Source of the DNA: Candidatus Kuenenia stuttgartensis | GTDB taxonomy: Bacteria > Planctomycetota > Planctomycetia > Pirellulales > UBA1268 | Reading direction: 5' to 3' | Assembly (NCBI GenBank): GCA_945883745.1 | Contig: CAMCYH010000004.1 | Span: forward strand, 1-53,418 | Length of the DNA: 53,418 bases | Part shown: piece after piece, positions 28,685 through 38,510 of the stretch | Layout: every line of letters begins with the position of its first letter | Numbering within the stretch: position 1 is the stretch's first letter | Program-made: the position numbers and the translations under genes | The notes under the pieces: model-generated | Databases searched by the model: none | The model's input: the letters and a program-made list of their open reading frames with translations, nothing else | Told to the model about the DNA's origin: nothing

Positions 28685-31600
28685 ATGAAGTCGTACTGCG
28701 TTAGGCTGCTGCTGGCGGCGATCTGCGGGATGCTTGTGACCGCTCAGGCTGGCGGTCAAAACGAATCGAGCCCTTTTGATGAGGTGATCGGGCGGGCGGA
28801 TCGGCCTCCGGCTCCTGGTTTAGATGACCAGCGGATCACGACGGAGTTGCTGCAAGAACTCAGGGTAGCAGAACTCCTTGAAGATCGCGGCGAACTCGAA
28901 AAGGCGGTCGTGGCGTATCGCGCTGTTTACGGGAAGCTCAAAAAAATTCTGGAAGAGGATCATCGGCTGCTCCTTCATATCCTTGATGGAGTGACCGACA
29001 TTCGTGTAACTCAGGGCAAGCCGGAGGAGGCAGAAGGACCACTCACCAAGGTTGTAGCCCTGCGTGACAGACGGCTGGCGGACACCACAGATCCCGCCGA
29101 GACGGCCCGCCTTGCTGCCGACCTCATCAAGCTGGGCCGTATTCATGGCATGACGGGCAAGCCCGAAGAGGCATTCGAGCCTCTCGAGAGAGGCCGGGCG
29201 CTTTTGGAAAAGCTCCTTGGAAACACACACGAGATCGTGCTCGAGTCCGATCGGCTGGTGGCGGAGGCGGCGTGGGATGTCGGCCAATTCAGCACGGCGG
29301 CTGAGCGGCTTGGCGTCGTGCTGGAGGTGGCCACTTCCGGCGCCGGTGAGGATTCGTCGCTTGCGGCAGCAATCCGCGATCAGGCGGCAATGATCGCTCT
29401 GATCCGTGAATTACCAGGCGAGGCGATTGCCGCGTGGTCCACGGCCGCCGGCACTGGAAGCAGCACAGCGAAGGACGAATCAGTCGATCGGCTGCGGTGG
29501 CTTGCCGTCGCCACGGCCTGCGATGGCGATCTGGAGGAGGCGGCGATGATCGGGCTCCGCTGTCTCCGGTCCGCTGAGGTGCGGATCGGGGAAGAGCCAA
29601 TCGACGCTGCCTACGACGCTGCCTTGCTGGGCGTATTTCTCGAGTTAGCCGGCCGTCGCGATGAGGCCGAGGCACTGTATCGGCGTTTCGCCACGGCGGT
29701 GACGTCTTCACAGCAGGTGCCTGCTCCGCACCGGTGCGAGCAGCTGCGAAAGGTCGTTCCGCTCCTCCTCGACGAGGGACTCATCGATCGGGCGGCCACT
29801 CTGATGCAGTCGGTGCTGGCCTGCGATGAGCGGCGGCCAAGTGGCTCCCTCGTGGAAATCACGGACGATAAGGTACTGATTGCCTCCTGCCTTTATGCCG
29901 GCGGTGACTTGACGGCGGCAGAAGCCCTTCTCAAGCAGTCGCTTTCCAGCTACCAGCGGCTGCTCGGCAATGCCCACTATAAGACTGTCGACGCTTTGGT
30001 ATTGCTGGGGCGTTCGGCGGCGGCCCGGGGCGATGCGGCGGCGGCGGCTGATGCGGCGGAAGCGCTTGTCCGCCGCGCGCCACCGGTGATGAATCCGCGA
30101 CGGGAAGCCGCAATGGCTGAATTGATCGCGACCGCGGCAGCGCTTGTCGAGAACACCGGGAATGCCGAACGGGGCGTCGCGATGCGCGACCGCTGGGTCA
30201 TCCTCCGCGGTGGTGATGCCGGCGGTGATTCGCCAGCGGTTGCCGACATCCTCGTCTCCTATGCAAATGCCATGGTTGAACTCGGCGACTCAGCGAAGGC
30301 GGTTCCGTTCTATGAAAAATCGCGTGCCATACGGGAGTCGCTCTGGGGCAATGACCATCCCGCCGTGGCTGCCGTGCTTCTGCCGCTTGGTCGCGGATAT
30401 GAAGCAGTCGGCCGAATCGCTGAGGCACGGCAGGCGGCCAAGCAGGGGCTTGCGATTTGGGAGCTGGCGATGGGCCCTGACCATGCGGTAACGCTTGAGG
30501 CTGTGCGCACGCTCGCTTCAGCCCACGATGCCGCCGGGGACCCGCGGGCCGCGGGGCCGCTCTATGAGCGGCTGCTGGCAGAATGCGAGCGGCGGAAGGG
30601 ACCGCGACATGCCGAGGTTGGAATCCTGCTCACCAAAATCGCCGAGGCTCGGGCGGCTCTTGGAGACGTAGCCGCTGCGGAGAAGATGCTCAAGCGGGCG
30701 ATCGACATTCAGGCGCTCGCCTCCGCCGATCCATCGGCTGCCGGTCTTGGTGACAGTGTCAGCCATTTGAAGCAGATGCTTACCAGTTCGGCCAGCCTGG
30801 AAAAGGCTCGCGAACTCGCGATGCGTTCCGAATCGGCTGATAGCGCTAGCGAGTTGCTCGCCAGCCTGGGCACAGGCCGGCCCACGGGCGACGGCATGGG
30901 GGCGGTCGATCAGCGACTGGCAACAGGGGGGCGGCAGTCTGGCGGAGCTGAGGATGCCGGCACGGCCGCCGATCTGATCGAGATCGCTCGCCGGATGGAG
31001 CGAAATGGCAATCGCAATGCCGCCCGTGCGGCTCTGGAGCAGGCGCTCGGCGACGCCGTTCGCAAGCATGGCGAGGGGCATCCCCGGATCGCCGATATTC
31101 TCGTCGCCATCGGTGACCTCTTCCGCAACTCCGGTGAGTTCGACGTCGCCTTTGCCAATTATCAGAAGGCGCTCGATATCCGCGTGGCGAGTGGTGGTGA
31201 GGCCGATACCAACACGGTGCTCGTGGCTCTCAAGCTTGCGGCGCCCTTGCAGGTGTCACGGGGCGGTGAGGCGGCAAGATCCATCCTGTCTCTGGCGTCC
31301 TCTCGACTGCCGTCCACGGCTGACACAGCCATGGCGGTGCGAATCGCAGCCGGGCTGCGGGATGCTGCCGATTACACAATGGCTGTAGCCGACTACTCGC
31401 TGGCTGTTGCGCTCCTGGAAAAGTTGGCCGCGATGGAGGCGATCTCCGGCCAGCCGTCTGCCCAGACCTACGAGGATCTCGCCCAGGCGTATGAGTTGGG
31501 GGGCATGGCAAGCCGAGCTGTCCCGCTGCGGCAGAAACTGCTTGATGCAGAACGCGGCGCCGCGTCTGCCGTCGGGGTCGGCCGCCGGTTGGTCGATTTG

Positions 31601-34141
31601 GCGCTCGCTCTGGTACGGGCGAATAAGGCTGCCGATGCCGAGCCGCTGCTACGGCAGGCGGTCGCGGAGGATGAGAAACTCGTTGGCAAGTCGCATCCGC
31701 TCCTGGCATCGGATCTTTTGGAACTGGCGACTGCAATGGAGGCGGCCAAAAAGAATCAGGCGGAGGCGGCAGCCTTCGTCTCGGCGGCTCAGGAAATGAC
31801 TGCCGCTGCCATCAGCGCCGCTTCTGCGAAAGATACGGCCGCCATGCGGATTCTTGCGGAAAGCCTACGGCGACGGGGCGATCTGGCCACGGCTGGCGCA
31901 GTGATCCAGGTCGCGCTCACGGCCGATATGCAGGAGCGGGGCCGCGGCCATCGCGACACTGCCCGCGATCATCGTGAACTGGCTGTCATCCGTCGGCTCG
32001 AGGGCGATATGGAGCGGGCCGCCAAAAACTACGAGCGACTGGTTTCAATCCTGACTGCAAATCATGGCCCCGGCGACCATCGCACAGTCGCTGCCCGATT
32101 CGAACTGGAAGACATGCTTGAAAATGGCAACCGCAGCCTCGGCAAGGATGGCCTGATGCTGGCGGTGGAAAATCGTGGCTCCGCGGCTCCCACGCCCGGA
32201 AAAAAGGCCAACGCTTTCACCGACATTCTGGCTGACTATGCCGCCGCGCAAAAGAAGCCCGCGGCTGAGGCCGCTGATGCCGCTGCCTTGGCGGTGAGCG
32301 ACTCTTCAACAGTGGTCGCCGCCGGTGCTGACAAGGCTCGACGGATGATCGGTGTGGTGAAAGACCTCTATGGGAGTGATAGCAGCAAGAAAAAGAAGGG
32401 GGGTGGTCTTGAGGGGATGATCAATTATGCCGAGATGCTCAGCACCGCCGCCTCCGCGGAAGACTCATCGACCCTCGATGTGATTCTCAAAAAAGGCATG
32501 GCAACGCTTTCGCCTGAACCGTCCGCACTCGCTGCGAAGGGGGCGGACAACGCTGAGCCCTGGCCAGCAGGAGTGATTCCGCTGCCGAATGGAACGGCTT
32601 CGTTGGCCTCAGCCCGGCGGACGCTACCGACTATGGGCGGGCCGGATCCGAGTAGCAGGGCGGGGGTCGCCGTCGATTCTGTGGGATCCGCGGCCGTTCG
32701 CCAGCTGCTTGCCGATGCTTGGCGGCTTCATGTGGCCGGTGATGGCGTGGCATCTGATGACGCGTTTCGGTCGGCGCTCGCCAGGGCGGATGAGGAGAAC
32801 CAGGGATCGGCTGCATCGCTGCAGGCAATTGAGGTGCTTTCCCAGTTTGCGACAGCGCTCGTTGAACGGGGGGACATGTCGCAGGCACGAACGCGGATTG
32901 AAGACCTGCGTGGTCGGCAGGCTATGGTGCTGGCCAGTGGAGACCCGGGTCGCGAGGCAGCAGACATGCTTCTTCTGGATGTCTTGCTCGCACTGGGTGA
33001 TACGCGGGCAGCTTGGCCATTGGCGATGGCGGGCCTGCGTTCGCCCTCTAACGACCCGCTGGCTGCCGGGCAGGCGGCAGTGCGGGCCGCGATCGTGGAG
33101 GCTGCTGCCGGCCGAATGCTGCTCGCCTGGTCGCGGCTGGATGGAGCCCGGGAGCCCCTTGCGGCCGGGTTCCGGAGCATTGAATCGCGGGCCACCGGGG
33201 CCGCTGCCGACGAGGATTCTCCGGCCAGCGATCGGCGGTTGTTTCGGCTCGCCCTTGCGTATGGCGAGGTCGCCTTTGCCTGCGGCGATCCTGCCCGGGC
33301 GGCCGCGGCCATTCGGAAGACGATGGCCACTGAACCTGTCGTGGCCGCCGCCACGGCTGCCGACCTTGATGAGGCCCTGTCGCTTTGGACGCGGGCGGCG
33401 GTGGCGGCTGGAGATCTTGCCGCGGCCAGACAGTCTCTAACCCGTCTCCAGAAAGCTCGTGAAAACAGTTTCGGGCCGGTCGATATCCGCGTGGTTACGG
33501 CCGCCGCCTGCCTCGTGGCAGTTGAGTATCGGGCCGCAATTGCATCGGGAGCGCAGGGCAACGACCCGCTCCCCTCGCGAGACACTCTTCGTCAGGTGAC
33601 CAGAAAATGGCTCGAGGCCGCGGCACCGAAGACCTGCTATGAGCTCTGCCATGGCGTTGCCGATCTGGTGCCGATCTTCGCCGACGCGATTGCCGCTGAG
33701 GGGGGTGACGAAGCCGCGGCCGCCGATCGAGAACTCGCTGCCGCGGTCCGCAGCCGCACGCTGGTGCTGGCAAAGTCACTGCAAGCCGAGGGGCATCGGT
33801 CGATCCTCAGGCTTGCCGCGGCGGAGGCGGCAGCCGATCCGAGGCCAGAGGCAGCGGCTCGGGTCGTGTCTGAGCAGACGTTGGAGGGGCCCTTGGTGAG
33901 AAGACTTGCAGGACGGGAGGCTACCGACATTCGTAGCCTGCAGGCGGTAATGCTCGAAGCCGTGGGCGAGGAGAGCTGGTCTGCGAGCCTCAAGGAAGAT
34001 GCCGCCCGCGGTACGGTCGCTCTGGCGGCGCGGCGGAAGGCGTTGTTCCAGGAGGAAGCCACCACTCGGCCCAGTGTTCGGCCGCGGTTCCCGTTCCGGG
34101 CCGCGCCAAAGCGCGACAAGCCGCAGCCCGCAGCTGGCTAA
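28685..34141 (+). CDS. Giant secreted tetratricopeptide-repeat (TPR_10/12-like) protein, ~1818 aa
   Basis: Signal peptide MKSYCVRLLLAAICGMLVTAQAGGQ. Dozens of ~40-aa helical units of kinesin-light-chain-type TPR (for example A.A..Y.RAL.I.E...G..HP..A..L..LA). A central low-complexity linker (KKKKGGG) separates two arrays. I recognised no enzymatic domain. Confidence 0.85.
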   Translation: MKSYCVRLLLAAICGMLVTAQAGGQNESSPFDEVIGRADRPPAPGLDDQRITTELLQELRVAELLEDRGELEKAVVAYRAVYGKLKKILEEDHRLLLHILDGVTDIRVTQGKPEEAEGPLTKVVALRDRRLADTTDPAETARLAADLIKLGRIHGMTGKPEEAFEPLERGRALLEKLLGNTHEIVLESDRLVAEAAWDVGQFSTAAERLGVVLEVATSGAGEDSSLAAAIRDQAAMIALIRELPGEAIAAWSTAAGTGSSTAKDESVDRLRWLAVATACDGDLEEAAMIGLRCLRSAEVRIGEEPIDAAYDAALLGVFLELAGRRDEAEALYRRFATAVTSSQQVPAPHRCEQLRKVVPLLLDEGLIDRAATLMQSVLACDERRPSGSLVEITDDKVLIASCLYAGGDLTAAEALLKQSLSSYQRLLGNAHYKTVDALVLLGRSAAARGDAAAAADAAEALVRRAPPVMNPRREAAMAELIATAAALVENTGNAERGVAMRDRWVILRGGDAGGDSPAVADILVSYANAMVELGDSAKAVPFYEKSRAIRESLWGNDHPAVAAVLLPLGRGYEAVGRIAEARQAAKQGLAIWELAMGPDHAVTLEAVRTLASAHDAAGDPRAAGPLYERLLAECERRKGPRHAEVGILLTKIAEARAALGDVAAAEKMLKRAIDIQALASADPSAAGLGDSVSHLKQMLTSSASLEKARELAMRSESADSASELLASLGTGRPTGDGMGAVDQRLATGGRQSGGAEDAGTAADLIEIARRMERNGNRNAARAALEQALGDAVRKHGEGHPRIADILVAIGDLFRNSGEFDVAFANYQKALDIRVASGGEADTNTVLVALKLAAPLQVSRGGEAARSILSLASSRLPSTADTAMAVRIAAGLRDAADYTMAVADYSLAVALLEKLAAMEAISGQPSAQTYEDLAQAYELGGMASRAVPLRQKLLDAERGAASAVGVGRRLVDLALALVRANKAADAEPLLRQAVAEDEKLVGKSHPLLASDLLELATAMEAAKKNQAEAAAFVSAAQEMTAAAISAASAKDTAAMRILAESLRRRGDLATAGAVIQVALTADMQERGRGHRDTARDHRELAVIRRLEGDMERAAKNYERLVSILTANHGPGDHRTVAARFELEDMLENGNRSLGKDGLMLAVENRGSAAPTPGKKANAFTDILADYAAAQKKPAAEAADAAALAVSDSSTVVAAGADKARRMIGVVKDLYGSDSSKKKKGGGLEGMINYAEMLSTAASAEDSSTLDVILKKGMATLSPEPSALAAKGADNAEPWPAGVIPLPNGTASLASARRTLPTMGGPDPSSRAGVAVDSVGSAAVRQLLADAWRLHVAGDGVASDDAFRSALARADEENQGSAASLQAIEVLSQFATALVERGDMSQARTRIEDLRGRQAMVLASGDPGREAADMLLLDVLLALGDTRAAWPLAMAGLRSPSNDPLAAGQAAVRAAIVEAAAGRMLLAWSRLDGAREPLAAGFRSIESRATGAAADEDSPASDRRLFRLALAYGEVAFACGDPARAAAAIRKTMATEPVVAAATAADLDEALSLWTRAAVAAGDLAAARQSLTRLQKARENSFGPVDIRVVTAAACLVAVEYRAAIASGAQGNDPLPSRDTLRQVTRKWLEAAAPKTCYELCHGVADLVPIFADAIAAEGGDEAAAADRELAAAVRSRTLVLAKSLQAEGHRSILRLAAAEAAADPRPEAAARVVSEQTLEGPLVRRLAGREATDIRSLQAVMLEAVGEESWSASLKEDAARGTVALAARRKALFQEEATTRPSVRPRFPFRAAPKRDKPQPAAG

Positions 34142-34205
34142 GCCGGCTTTGGCCGCCTAGCCGTGCGATTCCGGTCCAACACCGATTGATGGAGTGAGAA
34201 GGTCG

Positions 34206-35894
34206 ATGGCGTCCGAATGGTTCATGCGGAGAAACGGTGAGGAAGACGGCCCATTTTCCTCAGCGCAGCTCAAGGCGATGGCCCGCAACGGCCTGATCAC
34301 CGCGGAAGATCTCGTCTGGAAAGAGGGGATGGACGACTGGCGACCGGCCGGTGAATCGCGGCGACTGTTCCCCAGGTCGGCGCGGGGATCACGGCATGGG
34401 CCGGGGAGTAATTCCCGCAGTCGTTCCTCGGCTGGCAAATCAGCTTCGGCGCCCCTGATTGAATTGCAACCGCCGTCGATGCAGGCGTTGCCCACTGACA
34501 GACGCCTCCGCATGGCGTTGGTAGGCGGGGGTAGTCTCGGCCTCCTTCTGCTGCTCTCTTTCGGAATACTGCTCCTGCAATCGTCCGGGGAACCAGTTGG
34601 CGGGGATGGGCCGGTACCTTCCGATACGCCAGAACCTGCGACTGCGGTTTCTCGCATTCCACCGGTTCCAGTGCGGCAGAATCCCACACGTGAGACGGCA
34701 GCGAGCGACGGTACCTCTGCAGCTTTGGATACGCCTGATTTGAATGAGGCGGCAAATGATGGTGGCCGGCAGCCGGACAGCCCGCTGCCGGACGGTCTGT
34801 CAAAGATTGCCACATATGAGTTGCCCAGGGAGATCGGGCAGAGAACAGCCACCCAGGCCACGGCAATCGCTTTTTCCCCTGAGAACCGATTCCTTGCGGT
34901 GGGTCTCGAAGACGGCCGACTGCTTTTGTACGACACGGTCGATGGGGGCCCCCCGAAGCGGACCGAGCGGGCTCATCCGGGGGGCGACCGGGCCTCCCCG
35001 TTGAGCGACCGCACGACGAGCATTTCGTTTTCACCATCAGGAAACCGGGTGGGGTGGGGAACGAATTTTCGACATTTCGCCATCGCGGACATGGCCGACA
35101 GCAGCCTCGCCTGGCGATCACCGGTAATGGCCAAAGGCCTGCGGGCGGACCTGGACCCTCCGCAGGTTGCTCTCAAGGATGACGACACCATCCTCATCGC
35201 CACCTCCAGCGGAATCGGTGAACTCTCAACCATCGACATCTGCCGGCCGTTGAACGGGGGCACGCCGTGGCAGGGAATGGGCCTCGATGCTGTGGTCGGC
35301 GATGCCCAGATCACCTTTGTCGCCAAGACAGGCCAAGGAATGACGTCGCGCGGACCGGGCCGGTGGCCGCTGCGGCGGACGGGTGCGTCGCGGCTCGTGG
35401 CGATCGGTCGCGACGGTCGCACCGGCGGCATGCTGATCGCCGACGCCTCCAGTTCCACTATGACGATCTTTGAGCTCGGCGGTGACACGGTGACCACGCG
35501 GACCGAAGGTCTGCCCGCGATGACCGGCTCAGGCGGGCGGCTGGTCGTTCTCGATCGCCAGTCCGCCATGCTGGCCGTCGCATCGCAGCTGGTGGTCATC
35601 AGCGGAGGAGATGGTGGCCTCTCCGTCGATCTGGCTTCCCCCGGCCCGGCGACGATGCTTGCTGCCGATGCTGTCCATCGCCATGTGGTTGTCGCGACGG
35701 CTGACGGCCAGATCTCGTTGCTGGCGGTTGATGGGCAGGAAAAGGCGATGTCCTCGTCGATCATGCATCGGTGGTCGTTCCCCGGGCTGACCACCATTCA
35801 GGCTGCAATCAGCGCCGATGGCACCCGCCTGGCACTCACGGGCAAAGGCTCAGTGAGCCTGTTCCAAATCGGCGAGAAGCCGGCGGATCAATGA
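34206..35894 (+). CDS. GYF_2 (DUF4339)-domain protein with a single TM helix and a WD40/beta-propeller-like C-terminal domain
   Basis: The N-terminal MASEWFMRRNGEEDGPFSSAQLKAMARNGLITAEDLVWKEGMDDWRPA is a typical bacterial GYF_2 domain. The TM segment is MALVGGGSLGLLLLLSFGILLL. The C-terminal part has FSPENRFLAVGLEDGRLLLYD-type blades. GAGAAGG RBS precedes the ATG at 34206. Confidence 0.65.
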   Translation: MASEWFMRRNGEEDGPFSSAQLKAMARNGLITAEDLVWKEGMDDWRPAGESRRLFPRSARGSRHGPGSNSRSRSSAGKSASAPLIELQPPSMQALPTDRRLRMALVGGGSLGLLLLLSFGILLLQSSGEPVGGDGPVPSDTPEPATAVSRIPPVPVRQNPTRETAASDGTSAALDTPDLNEAANDGGRQPDSPLPDGLSKIATYELPREIGQRTATQATAIAFSPENRFLAVGLEDGRLLLYDTVDGGPPKRTERAHPGGDRASPLSDRTTSISFSPSGNRVGWGTNFRHFAIADMADSSLAWRSPVMAKGLRADLDPPQVALKDDDTILIATSSGIGELSTIDICRPLNGGTPWQGMGLDAVVGDAQITFVAKTGQGMTSRGPGRWPLRRTGASRLVAIGRDGRTGGMLIADASSSTMTIFELGGDTVTTRTEGLPAMTGSGGRLVVLDRQSAMLAVASQLVVISGGDGGLSVDLASPGPATMLAADAVHRHVVVATADGQISLLAVDGQEKAMSSSIMHRWSFPGLTTIQAAISADGTRLALTGKGSVSLFQIGEKPADQ

Positions 35895-35921
35895 GCGACC
35901 GTTGTGGCTGGCGTCCGGCAT

Positions 35922-37238
35922 CTATTGGGCCGGCGCTTGGGCGGGCGCTGGGGCCGGCACTGGTGTCGCTGCTGCCGCCGGCCGCACGATCGCGGGCGCG
36001 CCAGGCGTCTTGTATTTCGACACCGACCGCAACGCCTCTCGTGCCGCCCGCTCGGCTACTTCCAGGCCGGAAAGATCGGCGGATGAAGAATCGAGAGCGG
36101 CAACACGGTCAGCGAGTTCCTGCCACTCCTTCTTCTGTGGTGATTCCGTCACGGCGGACGATTCCAGGAGTTTCCGAGCCGTTGCCAGGAGCCGTTCGGC
36201 CTTTTTTGCCCGTGACGCCGCTGTTTTCACATCTCTTCGTTCTTTTGCCTGTTCTGCTCGCACCACGGCGATACGGCAGTTGCCGAGCAGCGCGGGTAGC
36301 GCTTCAGGGTGATCCTGCTCGTAGCCGCGGTGCCAGAGGTCGAGCGATTCGTCGAATGCGGCCTCGGCTTTTTCCAGGTTTCCGTCGGCGGCCTCAACGG
36401 CCCCACGCAGCTGTCTCACCGCGGCACGAACCCGCGCCGCCTCCCGTTGATAGGTGGTTGGGGGAGTTTCATCCGTGGGCCATTCCGGCACGAGTTGCAG
36501 GCCTTTGCTATCGACAGGAAACGCATTGCCGAGCACTTCCGCCGCCGTCCGTTCGGCATCGAGGAGATACGAGCGGGCTCGTGAGAGCTGCTGTTTCCGC
36601 AGGTAGAGCAGGGCGGCAGAGCGGCTCGGTTCGAACGTCGAGAGGGCAGCCAGCGTCTGTGGAGAGATGACGAGGGACTCACCGTTCTTGCGAAGTCCCA
36701 CCAGCCCGAGTCCACCGCCGCCGGACCGGCGCTTTTGGAAGTTCACGTTCATGAGATTTTCGGCCTCATCGATTGCGTTGGTAGCCAGAGCGTATGTGGT
36801 CTTCGCATCGTCGAGTGCGAAGTCGCGCATCAGAATCCCTGCCTCGTAGTCGAGCCGCAGTCGCTTGGCCTGCTCGTCATTTCCCTGCTCAGTCGGGGTC
36901 ATTGCAGCCAGCATTCCCCGAAACCCGACATCGGAGCCGATCGCATCGGCTTCCTTGATGGCTTTCTCCGCCGCCTCAAGGTCGCCCGCCCAACCGGCGA
37001 GTCGGGCCCGCAACACGACGATCGTGTAGTAACCGTTGGCCACCGGTGCCGGCATTCTTTGCTGTTTCAGCTTTGCCATGCCCTGTATAAGCCTGCCGGT
37101 TTCGTTCACCGCCTCGACCCACCGACCCTCTTCGCTGAGTCGCTGGAGGTGGTTGAGTTCCACGCTCATGTCCGCCTGACCGTATACGAACGGCATGCCG
37201 GCCCACGTGGCCAAGACCGCGAACACAAAGGTCCTCAT
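35922..37238 (-). CDS. Secreted all-helical (TPR-like) hypothetical protein
   Basis: Signal peptide MRTFVFAVLATWAGMPFVYGQA. The rest is helical, charged and Ala-rich, with a Pro/Ala tail. The start overlaps the upstream LRR-like gene stop (ATGA at 37235-37238). Confidence 0.6.
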   Translation of the reverse strand: MRTFVFAVLATWAGMPFVYGQADMSVELNHLQRLSEEGRWVEAVNETGRLIQGMAKLKQQRMPAPVANGYYTIVVLRARLAGWAGDLEAAEKAIKEADAIGSDVGFRGMLAAMTPTEQGNDEQAKRLRLDYEAGILMRDFALDDAKTTYALATNAIDEAENLMNVNFQKRRSGGGGLGLVGLRKNGESLVISPQTLAALSTFEPSRSAALLYLRKQQLSRARSYLLDAERTAAEVLGNAFPVDSKGLQLVPEWPTDETPPTTYQREAARVRAAVRQLRGAVEAADGNLEKAEAAFDESLDLWHRGYEQDHPEALPALLGNCRIAVVRAEQAKERRDVKTAASRAKKAERLLATARKLLESSAVTESPQKKEWQELADRVAALDSSSADLSGLEVAERAAREALRSVSKYKTPGAPAIVRPAAAATPVPAPAPAQAPAQ

Positions 37239-38227
37239 GGTTTCTGCTCCGCAAGAGGTGGTGCGTTTTCGTCAACAACGATGGCCTTTGCCTGCCGGAG
37301 AATTGCAGCGGTTTCAGCGGCGGTCTCGGGGGCGATCCGCAGATCGATCCGCCCAGCCGCCGCCGCCAGTGCCTTGGCTTCCGCGATGCCGAGCGGTTCT
37401 ATTCCGGTGATGAGCGTCCGGCCCGTTCGGGCCGCGATGCTTTCGGCCACTTGGAGCGTAAGACGATCGAGCGAAGGGAGCAGAAGTGTCGGCGGGCCCG
37501 TGCGAAAGGCAATAGCCGATTCGGATGAAAGGCTCACCAGCGACCCGAGGCAGAGAGGTCCCTCGCAGTCCGACAGGGCCGCCGCTGTCTGCGGCGGTAG
37601 CCACACAAGCCCGTCCAGCAGAAGCGGACCCCGATGCGGTGCAATGGCCGCGGCAACGTCGGGTGAGAGCGTTTCAAGGCCAGCCAACGAGAGCCACTGG
37701 GCGTGGGAGGCGAGGTTTGCGGCAGCGGCTGGCGAGATGGCTCTCAGGCCGTCGAGCGAAAGTGGGCCCGCATGCGCGGCTATCGCGGCTGCCGTATCGG
37801 GGGAGATTGCCGCGAGGCCGTCAAGAAAGAGCACGTTGCGATGGGGGGCCAGGGCGGCGGCGGCGGCGGGTTCCAGCCATGCCAACTTGGCGAAGGAAAG
37901 AGGTGCCTGGAGTTGGGCGAGGGCCGCGGCGGTTTCGGAAGACAAGCTGGTAAGGCCGTCGAGTGCGAGTGACTTGCCAAGTGCCGCAAGTTTCGCGGCG
38001 GCTTCCGGCGCGAGTTCCTCGAGGTCGGGCAACACGGCCGGGTAGCCTGCGGCGGCAACAACCCCCGCTGCAGAGGGGTCAAGTTGTTTAACCCCGGTGA
38101 GCGTGAGCGGCCCTGTGCGGTGAGCCGCTACACGGGCTGCGAAATCATCGTCGGCCGCTCTCGACAGCGACCCGCAAAAAACGGCCGACGCGAACACCAG
38201 TCCGAGCCAACGACCGACAACGTTCAT
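37235..38227 (-). CDS. Secreted protein with ~11 tandem 23-residue LRR-like repeats (paralog 2)
   Basis: Signal peptide MNVVGRWLGLVFASAVFCGSLSRA. The units include LFLDGLAAISPDTAAAIAAHAGP, LSLDGLRAISPAAAANLASHAQW, LSLAGLETLSPDVAAAIAPHRGP and LLLDGLVWLPPQTAAALSDCEGP. An alternative start is at 38260. Confidence 0.6.
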   Translation of the reverse strand: MNVVGRWLGLVFASAVFCGSLSRAADDDFAARVAAHRTGPLTLTGVKQLDPSAAGVVAAAGYPAVLPDLEELAPEAAAKLAALGKSLALDGLTSLSSETAAALAQLQAPLSFAKLAWLEPAAAAALAPHRNVLFLDGLAAISPDTAAAIAAHAGPLSLDGLRAISPAAAANLASHAQWLSLAGLETLSPDVAAAIAPHRGPLLLDGLVWLPPQTAAALSDCEGPLCLGSLVSLSSESAIAFRTGPPTLLLPSLDRLTLQVAESIAARTGRTLITGIEPLGIAEAKALAAAAGRIDLRIAPETAAETAAILRQAKAIVVDENAPPLAEQKP

Positions 38228-38510
38228 CAAGCACTCTACCCTTTCCGCGGATTTTACCATCTTCCCCCGTCCATTCGATCGGCCAAAGTGGCTTGCTCAT
38301 CACTTTCTCACAATCCATCGAGATGCTGTTCTTTCGGCGGCTGCGAGCATTGTCTCGGTGGCGACGGGTCGTCAGGCAGGAGCCGCGGGAGAGGCCTCCG
38401 CTCATTGTCTCGCAGAGTTCTCACAGAAGATCGCGTCAGAATTGAAATATCATTCAATGCAGACGGTCGATCTCAAAGAAGCACTCTTTGCCCGCCTCAT
38501 GGAGACCGTT

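Noticed and set aside
38305-38314. The 10-mer TTCTCACAAT is shared between the divergent control region at 38305-38314 and the one at 49422-49431, considered as a possible common promoter or operator motif.
   Set aside because: There are only two occurrences plus a partial third (TTCTCACAG at ~38418). That is too short and too few to separate from chance without a genome-wide enrichment test.
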